A stretch of 43,157 bases of DNA, taken from the NCBI GenBank assembly GCA_018710835.1, contig DVJC01000003.1, forward strand, positions 1-43,157. The letters run 5' to 3'. This DNA is from Candidatus Limadaptatus stercoravium. Lineage in GTDB: Bacteria; Bacillota; Clostridia; Christensenellales; CAG-917. The position numbers and the translations under genes were made by a program. Numbering within the stretch: the stretch's first letter is position 1; each line of letters starts with the position of its first letter. Under the pieces are notes generated by a model. The model was not told where the DNA came from and ran no database searches. It saw only the letters and a list, made by a program, of their open reading frames with translations. Below, piece by piece: positions 14,117-23,618 of the stretch.

Positions 14117-14394
14117 CACAAATATTTGTCCGAAGTGCCGCCGTACACGCGGCATAGCGCGATTCCGTGCCTGCGGACGCGCGCCGCACGCCGCCGGAAA
14201 CGGGCAAATCAAGGCGGTTTCGGACGGATTGAGGATTTTGCGAACAGTTCCCGACATGCGCGGATTTCGCCGGCAAAGTACCGCATTTTAAGAAAAATTT
14301 AAGCGTTTCGGGAGAAATTCAACACGTGTCGAAAGTTTTCCGGACGCGATTTACATAAAATCCGAATTTTTTTGAAAATTAGTGCCATAAAGTA

Positions 14395-14423
14395 TTGACA
14401 TCTGGCAGAAGCTGTAATAAACT
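14395..14423 (+). promoter_or_regulatory. groESL promoter
   Basis: TTGACA (14395-14400)-17 nt-TAAACT (14418-14423), immediately followed by CIRCE. Confidence 0.55.
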
Positions 14424-14424
14424 G

Positions 14425-14451
14425 TTAGCAATCTGGCGCGAAGAGTGCCAA
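14425..14451 (+). promoter_or_regulatory. CIRCE operator (HrcA binding site)
   Basis: TTAGCAATC-N9-GAGTGCCAA against the consensus TTAGCACTC-N9-GAGTGCTAA (2 deviations). Classic position between the -10 and the groES SD. Confidence 0.8.
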
Positions 14452-14489
14452 AACGATTGTATAAAGGTAATAATTCAGGAGGCATAAAT

Positions 14490-14774
14490 ATGCAAGTCAA
14501 ACCTTTGTTCGACAAAGTCGTTATCAAGGCTATCGAAACGAGCGAAACGACGGAAAGCGGCATCGTGCTCCCCGGCGCGGCGCAGGAAAAACCCCAGCTG
14601 GCGCAGGTCGTCGCCGTCGGTCCCGGCGGCATGGTGGACGGCAAGGAAGTCATCATGCAGGTGAAACCCGGCGACAAGGTGCTCTACTCGAAGTACGCGG
14701 GCAGCGAATTCAAGATCGACGGCGAAGAAGTCGTCATCGTACGTCAGGCGGACATCCTGGCGGTCGTTGAATAA
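14490..14774 (+). CDS. groES: Co-chaperonin GroES
   Basis: MQVKPLFDKVVIK... 94 aa. GGAGG SD 7 nt upstream of the ATG at 14490. The track ORF starts 15 codons too early. Confidence 0.95.
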   Translation: MQVKPLFDKVVIKAIETSETTESGIVLPGAAQEKPQLAQVVAVGPGGMVDGKEVIMQVKPGDKVLYSKYAGSEFKIDGEEVVIVRQADILAVVE

Positions 14775-14784
14775 TCGGAGGTAA

Positions 14785-16416
<1,632 letters not shown>

Positions 16417-16421
16417 TACTA

Positions 16422-16467
16422 ATCGCCGCCAAACGTTCACTGCGGCAATGCCGCAGTGAAGCGGCGA
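16422..16467 (+). other. Strong interrupted hairpin directly 3' of groEL (no U-tract)
   Basis: TCGCCGC/GCGGCGA outer arms enclosing the 12-bp palindrome TTCACTGCGGCA/TGCCGCAGTGAA. Confidence 0.5.
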
Positions 16468-16618
16468 CTTCATTCCTTGCCCTCCGCTTTGCTCACCGGG
16501 CTGCGTCATAGAGGGCGCACTTTCACCGCCCATGTCGCTGAAAGTGCGGAATTATAGCCTCACAAAGAATCGGAGATTCCTTTGCGGGGAATATGAATTA
16601 AAGCATCGACCAAATGCA

Positions 16619-16645
16619 AAAACAGCGGCTTTATGCCGCTGTTTT
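16619..16645 (+). terminator. Intrinsic (bidirectional-type) terminator, first of a tandem pair downstream of groEL
   Basis: AAAACAGCGGC-TTTAT-GCCGCTGTTTT. Confidence 0.6.
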
Positions 16646-16663
16646 GGCATTACATCCGTTACA

Positions 16664-16699
16664 TTCCGCCGAAAATGCTTTCGGCGGAGTTTTTATTTT
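16664..16699 (+). terminator. Strong intrinsic terminator, second of the tandem pair
   Basis: TCCGCCGAAA-ATGC-TTTCGGCGGA stem followed by TTTTTATTTT. Confidence 0.7.
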
Positions 16700-16943
16700 G
16701 CCGCGACGTCAAGCGCGCAGCACTTACGTCGTTACGCCGCCCGACATATCACGCATCGGCATGATAATTAAAAATTTTTGCAAAAAAACGTCATAATTTC
16801 TTGACAAAACCGAGCGGCGGTCCCGCACCGCCGTATTTGCGCTCACGGGCGCACCGAAGCGTATAAAATACCGCGAACTTGCGATGCCGAAAAGCGGCGG
16901 AAAACATTCTCTCGACAAAATGTTACAATATGCCCTCAAACCG

Positions 16944-16972
16944 TTGACATGTACGGTGCGATTTCATATAAT
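16944..16972 (+). promoter_or_regulatory. Consensus sigma-A promoter of the regulator-potABCD operon
   Basis: TTGACA (16944-16949)-17 nt-TATAAT (16967-16972). Predicts a leader of about 92 nt before the ATG at 17072. Confidence 0.7.
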
Positions 16973-16988
16973 CTTTCTCGCCGGTTCG

Positions 16989-17058
16989 GTTTAGCAATTC
17001 TAAACTTTTGATTTACAATCTTTGAACTTGCTAAACTTTCGGTAAATTTTTGCTAAAC
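16989..17058 (+). promoter_or_regulatory. Operator-like CTAAAC repeat array in the pot leader
   Basis: Palindrome GTTTAG-caatt-CTAAAC (16989-17005), plus further CTAAAC copies at 17031-17036 and 17053-17058 (both as TTGCTAAAC). Copy spacings are 31 and 22 bp. Confidence 0.35.
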
Positions 17059-17071
17059 AGGGAGGGCTTTT

Positions 17072-17605
17072 ATGGAACTGGGCGCGAAGATCAAACGCCT
17101 ACGCTTGCAATGCGGTCTGACTCAGGAGGAACTTGCCGACCGCTGCGAACTCACCAAAGGTTACATTTCCCAGCTCGAAAACGAACTCACCTCCCCGTCC
17201 ATTCAGACGCTTCTGGACGTGCTTTCCGCACTCGGTACGACGGCGGCGGAATTTTTCAGCGAGGACGAAGAGGAACAGGTGGTGTTCACCGCCGACGATT
17301 TCTTTGAAAAAGACGCGGAGGGACACGTCATCAAATGGCTTGTGCCCAACAGTCAGCGCAACGAAATGGAACCGATCCTCATCACCATACGCCCCGGCAG
17401 CGCGTCCGTAAAGGATATGCCGCACGAGGGCGAGGAGTTCGGCTTCGTGAAAAAGGGAGCTGTCGTACTGCATCTGGGCAAGAAGGAATACTGCGCAAAA
17501 GAGGGCGACACGTTCTACTACGAGAGCAACAAAGTGCACTATCTTGAAAACCGTTCGGCGGAGGACGCCGAAGTGATATGGGTGGCGTCGCCCCCGACTT
17601 TTTAA
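17072..17605 (+). CDS. XRE-family HTH transcriptional regulator with C-terminal cupin domain (PuuR-like architecture)
   Basis: HTH LRLQCGLTQEELADRCELTKGYISQLEN. C-terminal cupin-like part HEGEEFGFVKKGAVVLHLG...GDTFYYESNKVHYLEN. Its stop lies 9 nt before potA. Confidence 0.85.
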   Translation: MELGAKIKRLRLQCGLTQEELADRCELTKGYISQLENELTSPSIQTLLDVLSALGTTAAEFFSEDEEEQVVFTADDFFEKDAEGHVIKWLVPNSQRNEMEPILITIRPGSASVKDMPHEGEEFGFVKKGAVVLHLGKKEYCAKEGDTFYYESNKVHYLENRSAEDAEVIWVASPPTF

Positions 17606-17614
17606 GGAGAGGAT

Positions 17615-19174
17615 ATGTCCGACAACATCATCGAAATCAGGAACGTAACAAAGACATACGGCGCGAAAGACGCCGTGAAGAACGCCAGTCTGAACATCAA
17701 ACGCGGCGAATTTGTCACTCTGCTCGGTCCGTCCGGCTGCGGCAAGACGACTACTCTGCGCATGATCGCGGGATTTGAAATGCCGACGTCCGGGCAGATT
17801 ATCTTCGACGGAGAGGACATCACCAATCTTCCTCCGCATCTGCGCCGCGTGAACACGGTGTTCCAGAAATACGCGCTGTTTCCCCATCTTAACGTGTTCA
17901 ACAACATCGCGTTCGGGCTGAAGATGAAGCTCATCCCGAACGGCACCAAGACAAACCGCAAAGGCGAAGAGGTGCAGCTCTACCGCAAATACACCAAGGC
18001 GGAGATCAAAGCCAAGGTGGACAACGCCCTCCGCATGGTTGACCTGGAGGACTACGGACACAGAGGAGTATCCTCCCTCTCCGGCGGACAGCAGCAGAGA
18101 GTGGCGATAGCGCGCGCCATAGTCAACGAGCCGGAAGTGCTTCTCCTGGACGAACCTCTCGGCGCGCTCGACCTCAAGATGCGCAAGGACATGCAGCTGG
18201 AGCTCATGGACATGCACAAGCGGCTCGGCATCACCTTCGTCTACGTCACGCACGACCAGGAAGAAGCTCTCACCATGAGCGACAAGATCGTCGTCATGCG
18301 CGACGGCGTGATACAGCAGATCGCCACTCCCGAAACGGTGTACGACGAGCCTGCCAACGCCTTCGTCGCGGACTTCATCGGCGAGTCCAACATTCTCTCC
18401 GGCGTCATGCTGGAGGACTACAAGGTGGAGTTTGCGGACACGGTGTTCGAGTGCGTCGACAAAGGCTTCAAACGCAACGAACCGATCGACGTGATCATCC
18501 GTCCGGAGGACCTTAAGATTAGGGACAAGGACAACCCCAAAACGATACTCACCGCGACCGTCCTCTCCTCCGTATTCAAGGGCGACCACTACCAGGTCAC
18601 GCTCATGGCGGGCGAGAACGAACTCATCGCGCACGACACCGCGACGTACGAAGTCGGCTCCACGGTGGGGCTCTACATCAAGCCGTTCGATCTGCACATC
18701 ATGCACAAGGCGCGCGTCATCAACGAGATCGACACCGAAATGGCGGAAGAGAACGCGGTGTGGATCTCGGACGGCAAGTTCGAGTGCAACTGCCCCTTCG
18801 AGGCGGGCACACCCGTCAGGGTGAAGGTGGACTTCGACGACGTCATCATCACGGACGACGAGGAGGACGGCGTCATCGGCGCGACGGTGGTCAGCTCCAT
18901 TTACAAAGGCAGCTACTATCAGTGCATCGTGCGCACGGACGACTACTACGACTTCTTCGTGGACACGGACGACGACTGGCTCAAAGGCGACCGCGTGGGC
19001 ATCAACATCGCCCCCGAAAAGATCATAGTCGAGCGCCGCGAGGTGACGGACGAGGCGGAAAACGCCGCGCCCGCGCCCGTTGCGGATCAGACCGAAGAGA
19101 GCCCCTTCGCGGAAGAAAACGCGGCGGCTCCCTCCCCCGAAGAGGACAGAAAGAGTGAGGAGGCGGGCGAATGA
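17615..19174 (+). CDS. potA: Spermidine/putrescine ABC transporter ATP-binding protein, extended form (519 aa) with duplicated TOBE-like module and acidic tail
   Basis: Walker A GPSGCGKTT, signature LSGGQQQRVAIARA, Walker B LLLDEPLGALD. AAGGAG SD. See findings for the duplication. Confidence 0.9.
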   Translation: MSDNIIEIRNVTKTYGAKDAVKNASLNIKRGEFVTLLGPSGCGKTTTLRMIAGFEMPTSGQIIFDGEDITNLPPHLRRVNTVFQKYALFPHLNVFNNIAFGLKMKLIPNGTKTNRKGEEVQLYRKYTKAEIKAKVDNALRMVDLEDYGHRGVSSLSGGQQQRVAIARAIVNEPEVLLLDEPLGALDLKMRKDMQLELMDMHKRLGITFVYVTHDQEEALTMSDKIVVMRDGVIQQIATPETVYDEPANAFVADFIGESNILSGVMLEDYKVEFADTVFECVDKGFKRNEPIDVIIRPEDLKIRDKDNPKTILTATVLSSVFKGDHYQVTLMAGENELIAHDTATYEVGSTVGLYIKPFDLHIMHKARVINEIDTEMAEENAVWISDGKFECNCPFEAGTPVRVKVDFDDVIITDDEEDGVIGATVVSSIYKGSYYQCIVRTDDYYDFFVDTDDDWLKGDRVGINIAPEKIIVERREVTDEAENAAPAPVADQTEESPFAEENAAAPSPEEDRKSEEAGE

Positions 19175-19995
19175 CAAACACTGCGGCGGCATCCGTTTCC
19201 AGACCGAAACGGAGGTTCAAACTGACAAAACGCGTGTTCAGCTACCCTTATGTGCTGTTCATGCTCCTCTTTGTGGTGATACCGCTGGTGATGATCCTTG
19301 TCAACGCGTTCCTCGACACGGACAACAATCTCACCCTGGACAACTTCGCGGACTTCTTCACCGACAGCAGCAGTCTTATCATTCTCGCCAACTCGCTGCT
19401 CGTCGGCGTCATCACCACGGCGATATGCCTCATCATAGGCTATCCGCTCTCCTACATACTCTCCAAGATGCCGAGCGGGAGGGTGCTGGTGCTCTTCTAC
19501 GTCCTGCCGATGTGGGTGAACTTCCTCATCCGCACCCTCGCCACTAAAGCGATCTTCATCGCCATGGACGTCAATCTCGGCATGGGGACGGTCATCTTCG
19601 GCATGGTGTACAACTACCTGCCCTTCATGATACTCCCCCTGCACACGACGCTCTCGTCCATCGACCGCAGCTATATCGAAGCGGCGCAGGACCTCGGCGC
19701 GGACAACTCGACGGTGTTCCTCAAGACCGTGCTCCCCCTGTCCGTCAGCGGTATAATCAGCGGGATCACGATGGTGTTCATCCCCACCATATCCACGTTC
19801 GCCATCTCGCAGCTGCTCTCCAACGGCAAGATATTCCTCTTCGGCGACAGCATACAGATGAAGTTCGAGCAAGGGCTGTACGGCGTCGGCTCCATCATGA
19901 GCCTGGTCATGCTCGTGTTCGTGCTCGTGTCCAATTTCATCATCAACCGCGCGGGCAGAAAGAGCGGACTCAGCATCGGGAGGTCGTTATGGTAA
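19171..19995 (+). CDS. potB: Spermidine/putrescine ABC transporter permease
   Basis: Polytopic protein with EAA-type loop SYIEAAQDLGADNSTVFLKTVLPLS. ATGA overlap with potA. Confidence 0.9.
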   Translation: MTNTAAASVSRPKRRFKLTKRVFSYPYVLFMLLFVVIPLVMILVNAFLDTDNNLTLDNFADFFTDSSSLIILANSLLVGVITTAICLIIGYPLSYILSKMPSGRVLVLFYVLPMWVNFLIRTLATKAIFIAMDVNLGMGTVIFGMVYNYLPFMILPLHTTLSSIDRSYIEAAQDLGADNSTVFLKTVLPLSVSGIISGITMVFIPTISTFAISQLLSNGKIFLFGDSIQMKFEQGLYGVGSIMSLVMLVFVLVSNFIINRAGRKSGLSIGRSLW

Positions 19996-20810
19996 AAGTC
20001 AAAGGTTTCTTCGAGAAGGCGTACCTTTTCGTCATACTCGCCATACTGTACGCCCCGATACTGCTCATCATCATCTACTCTTTCTCCAACAGCTCCAACT
20101 TCCGTTTCGACGAAGGGTTCACTTTCGAGGCGTACATCTCGATATTCACTTCCGAGAAGTCGCCGGCGCTGTGGGACGCGGTGGGCAACACCTTCCTCAT
20201 AGCCGCCGTATCCTCGGTGATCGCCACTGTCATGGGCACTTTCGCCGCAATAGGCATCTTCGCCATGGGCAGGAAAGCGCGCCGCGTACTGGAGAACGTC
20301 AACCAGTTCCCCATCATCAACAGCGAGATAGTCATGGCGGTGTCGCTCATGATATTCTTCGTGACGTTCACTTTCCCGGAAGGGTATCTCAGGCTGATCA
20401 TCGCGCACATCGCGTTCTGCACGCCGTATGTGGTGCTCAGCGTGCTGCCGAAGCTGGAAAGCATGGATCCCAACGTCTACGAAGCGGCGCTCGATCTCGG
20501 AGCGAATCCGTTCAAGGCGCTCGTCAAGGTGCTCTTCCCCATGATCACTCCGGGCATCGTCAGCGGATTCGTGCTTGCGTTCACGCTTTCCATGGACGAC
20601 TTCATCATCACTCAGATCAACAAAGGCGCGTCCACGGGCATCAACACGCTGTCCACCTACATCTATTCGGACGCGCGTGTACAGGGGCTTGAGCCGTTCT
20701 GGTATGCGATATTCTCAATAATTTTCGTCGTCATACTCGCGCTCGTGCTCACGCTCAATCTCGTCAAGATCAACCGCCGCAAACAAAAGGCGCAGGAGGG
20801 TGCGATATGA
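19989..20810 (+). CDS. potC: Spermidine/putrescine ABC transporter permease
   Basis: EAA-type loop NVYEAALDLGANPFKALVKVLFPMI. Overlaps the potB end by 7 nt. GGGAGG SD. Confidence 0.9.
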   Translation: MVKVKGFFEKAYLFVILAILYAPILLIIIYSFSNSSNFRFDEGFTFEAYISIFTSEKSPALWDAVGNTFLIAAVSSVIATVMGTFAAIGIFAMGRKARRVLENVNQFPIINSEIVMAVSLMIFFVTFTFPEGYLRLIIAHIAFCTPYVVLSVLPKLESMDPNVYEAALDLGANPFKALVKVLFPMITPGIVSGFVLAFTLSMDDFIITQINKGASTGINTLSTYIYSDARVQGLEPFWYAIFSIIFVVILALVLTLNLVKINRRKQKAQEGAI

Positions 20811-22492
20811 AAAAACGCAGGACATTCGCAGCCATAGTGCTCGCGCTCGTGTGCATATGCGCGCTCATGCCCGTCCTTTCCGCCTGCAACACGTCGGGCG
20901 GCGGTATAGGCGGCGGAGGTGCGGACACTCTGGTCATCTACAACTGGGAGGACTACATCGACACCGGGCTCCTGAACGAATTCGAGAAATACTACCGTGA
21001 GGTGACGGGAAGGAGCCTCAGCATCACATACAGCACATTCGACACCAACGAAACCATGCTCACGCAGGTCATGCGCGGCGAGACCGCCGTCGATCTGGTG
21101 TGTCCGAGCGAATACGCCATAGAAAGACTGATGCGCGCGGGGCTGCTCGCAAACCAGACCAAGCTCATCGAGGAATTCTCCGCCGACTACCCCGAAGCGT
21201 TCTCCAATCTCGCCAACGTCAATCAGACGGTGCTGGACAAGATAGGTGAAACGTTCGGCAGCATGGACATCAACGGCGAAAGCTATGACATGCGCGACTA
21301 CATGGTGCCGTACATGTGGGGCACGCTCGGACTGCTGTACAACACTAAGATAATCTCCGAAGAGGAACTCGAAGAATACGGCTGGGGAATGCTCTGGAAC
21401 GAGAGCGGCAACCCCGACCTCGAAAACATGATCCTCATGAAGGACAGCGTGCGCGACAGCTATGCGGCGGTGGTGTTCTACATGGAGAAATACGGTCTGC
21501 TGCCCGACGGCATCAGCGCGACTTACGGCAAGCCCTTCTCCGAGCTGACCGCCAACGAGCTGATCAACTGCACCGATCCCGAAATGCTGGACGCGGCGGA
21601 ACGCCTGCTCACCGAACAGCGCGAGCGCATCTCCGGCTACGAAGTGGACTTCGGCAAGGACGACATGATCAACGAGATCGTCTACCTCGACCTCGCCTGG
21701 AGCGGCGACGCTCTGTGGGCGATAGAGGAAAGCGAATACTACGAGGACACCGACACCTACCAGCTCGGCTACTACGTCCCCGAAAAGAGCAACATATGGT
21801 ACGACGGCTGGGCGATACTCGAAAGCTCGGACAGCAAACTCGCCGCAATGATGTTCATCGACTACATGTGCCGTCCCGATTCGGGCGCGCGCAACATCGG
21901 ATACATCGGCTACACCTCCGCCGTGGATCAGGAGGTAATGAAGTACGACTACGGCGCGGCGCAGGCGCTGCTCGACGTGGAGTATCTGTGGTACGCAAAC
22001 GAAGAGGAGTGCTCGGTGTATGATTACAACGGCAAAATGGTGTTCTACTACGAGGGCGAAGGCTACTACCTCGACCTCTACGGCAACGAGGTGGACGTGG
22101 AGGTGGACGTGACAGACGAAAACCACCTTACGGAACTCGCGCTCGAAACCGACGACGAGGGTTACTATCTCCTCCCCGAAGGGCTGAAGGACAGCTATCC
22201 GCTGGACGAAGAGTATATCGTGTGTCCGGACTCCATAAGTCTTTTCTACGACGACGAAGGACGCTATCCGGAGATCACCGAAAACCTCGGCGTCATGCAG
22301 GACTACGGCGCTGCCAACGAGGACGTGGTCAACATGTGGCAGCGCGCGAAAGCGGGCGGCGGAGTGCCTTCGTCACTGTGGTGGTGTCTGCTGGCTATAG
22401 TTCTCTTCGTCGGAGCGGTGCTCGGAGTCTATTTCCTGAAAGAAGCTCTGAAAGGCAGACCGCGTAGGCTGAAAGACGCGGACAGGAAGTGA
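20807..22492 (+). CDS. potD: Polyamine-type substrate-binding lipoprotein, extended form (561 aa) with acidic insert and C-terminal TM helix
   Basis: Signal peptide with lipobox LSAC (20876-20887), PotD-like LVIYNWEDYID, ATGA overlap with potC. C-terminal hydrophobic helix SSLWWCLLAIVLFVGAVLGVYFL followed by a basic tail. Confidence 0.85.
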   Translation: MKKRRTFAAIVLALVCICALMPVLSACNTSGGGIGGGGADTLVIYNWEDYIDTGLLNEFEKYYREVTGRSLSITYSTFDTNETMLTQVMRGETAVDLVCPSEYAIERLMRAGLLANQTKLIEEFSADYPEAFSNLANVNQTVLDKIGETFGSMDINGESYDMRDYMVPYMWGTLGLLYNTKIISEEELEEYGWGMLWNESGNPDLENMILMKDSVRDSYAAVVFYMEKYGLLPDGISATYGKPFSELTANELINCTDPEMLDAAERLLTEQRERISGYEVDFGKDDMINEIVYLDLAWSGDALWAIEESEYYEDTDTYQLGYYVPEKSNIWYDGWAILESSDSKLAAMMFIDYMCRPDSGARNIGYIGYTSAVDQEVMKYDYGAAQALLDVEYLWYANEEECSVYDYNGKMVFYYEGEGYYLDLYGNEVDVEVDVTDENHLTELALETDDEGYYLLPEGLKDSYPLDEEYIVCPDSISLFYDDEGRYPEITENLGVMQDYGAANEDVVNMWQRAKAGGGVPSSLWWCLLAIVLFVGAVLGVYFLKEALKGRPRRLKDADRK

Positions 22493-22533
22493 CATTCGTC
22501 CGTACGGAAAACCGCCGCTCTGCGGCAATGCGG

Positions 22534-22561
22534 AAACGGGAGCGCACACGCGCTCCCGTTT
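22534..22561 (+). terminator. Terminator hairpin after potD
   Basis: AAACGGGAGCGC-ACAC-GCGCTCCCGTTT (12 bp). Confidence 0.6.
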
Positions 22562-22596
22562 CGGATTACAATCCGCTTTACGGCATTTTAATTCCA

Positions 22597-22704
22597 TAGC
22601 TTTTGCCGTCTTTTATTTTGCCGCCGTCCCGCACGCACAGACCGTCGAATTTATCAAGCTCGTAGCTTTTGTTATCTTTTATTTTGCTGCCGTCCCGCAC
22701 GGAC
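22597..22704. repeat. Two copies of a ~42-bp direct repeat (period 66 bp) in the potD/folBK convergent spacer
   Basis: 22597-22638 tagcttttgccgtcttttattttgccgccgtcccgcacgcac versus 22663-22704 tagcttttgttatcttttattttgctgccgtcccgcacggac, with 5 mismatches. Confidence 0.7.
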
Positions 22705-22760
22705 GGCACTGCGCGGCGCGCGCTCCGCTGCCGCCTCACAAGGCCGCGGTTTCGCGCGGT

Positions 22761-23603
22761 TTACGCCTTGCCGCCATTGTAGACGTACAGCTCTTCCAGC
22801 AGCTCGCAGACGCGCTTCCGCATGAGCGGATGCACCGCGTAAGGCGCGATCTCCGCAAGCGGCGCGAGCACGAACTCCCTCTTGTGCATTTCGGGGTGCG
22901 GCAGGATGAGGTCGCCCTCTCCCCTCACCTCGTCGCCGAAAAGAAGCAGATCGAGGTCGAGAGTTCTGTCCCCCCAGTGCACCTTGCGCTCTCTTCCGCA
23001 CTCCTTCTCCGCGCGGTGCATGAGCGCGAGCAGTCCGTCCGCGTCAAGCAAGGTCACGACTTTGACCGCGGAATTGAGAAATTCGTTTTCGGCGATTCCC
23101 CCGTACGGCTGAGTCGCCTTGCGGCGGCTTTCGGTGACGGACAAAACGAGCGGATCGGCGGCAAGCAGCCGCACGGCTTTGTCCATATACGCGTCCCTGT
23201 CGCCCATGCTCGATCCCATCGAGAGATACGCCGTCGTGCGCTTCACTTCGGCGCGCACCGCAACGGATCGGAAAGTCCCCTTCATGGGAGCGTCGGGCTT
23301 GTCCACCGTGACTTCCGCACGCGAAAATGCGGGATAGGCAAGCATTATCTTCCTCGCCAGCGAAAGAGCGAGGCATTCCAGCAGATTTTTGCTTTCTCCG
23401 CACAAAAAGGCTTTTATCAGCTTACATACGGCGGCATAACTCACTGTTTTGTCAATATCGTCGTTCTCCGCCGCTTCGGTTATATCGAAGTCGAGGACCG
23501 CGGACACCGAAAATCTCTGCGCGTCCGTCTTTTCTTCGGGGTTGACTCCGTGGCATGCGGTCACCTCGTAACCGCGTATCACTATGCTTCCGTTCGCGCT
23601 CAT
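22761..23603 (-). CDS. folBK: Bifunctional dihydroneopterin aldolase / 6-hydroxymethyl-dihydropterin pyrophosphokinase (FolB-FolK fusion)
   Basis: N-terminal FolB-like part IVIRGYEVTACHGVNPEEK...VSYAAV. C-terminal HPPK motifs YLSMGSSMGDR, QPYGGIAENEFLNSAV, WGDRTLDLDLLLFG, LILPHPEMHKREFVLAPL. Confidence 0.9.
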   Translation of the reverse strand: MSANGSIVIRGYEVTACHGVNPEEKTDAQRFSVSAVLDFDITEAAENDDIDKTVSYAAVCKLIKAFLCGESKNLLECLALSLARKIMLAYPAFSRAEVTVDKPDAPMKGTFRSVAVRAEVKRTTAYLSMGSSMGDRDAYMDKAVRLLAADPLVLSVTESRRKATQPYGGIAENEFLNSAVKVVTLLDADGLLALMHRAEKECGRERKVHWGDRTLDLDLLLFGDEVRGEGDLILPHPEMHKREFVLAPLAEIAPYAVHPLMRKRVCELLEELYVYNGGKA

Positions 23604-23618
23604 TTCGCTCCTCCGTAT

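Noticed and set aside
16724-16939. Small ORFs in the groEL-pot spacer (71 aa minus; 79 and 60 aa plus) and in the 39.2-39.5 kb spacer (75 aa plus, 62 aa minus)
   Set aside because: They have no SD, an Arg/Ser/Cys-rich non-protein-like composition, and they overlap terminator hairpins.
17099-19192. 697-aa minus-strand ORF antisense to the XRE regulator and potA
   Set aside because: Low-complexity Arg/Val/His/Asp-rich translation with no SD or motif. potA on the plus strand has all ABC motifs.
20663-22126. 487-aa minus-strand ORF antisense to potD
   Set aside because: Antisense artefact. potD has a signal peptide, a lipobox and start/stop overlap with potC.
22597-22704. CRISPR-like repeat
   Set aside because: There are only two imperfect copies, the 24-bp spacer is too short, no cas genes are present, and the repeats are T-rich rather than CRISPR-like.
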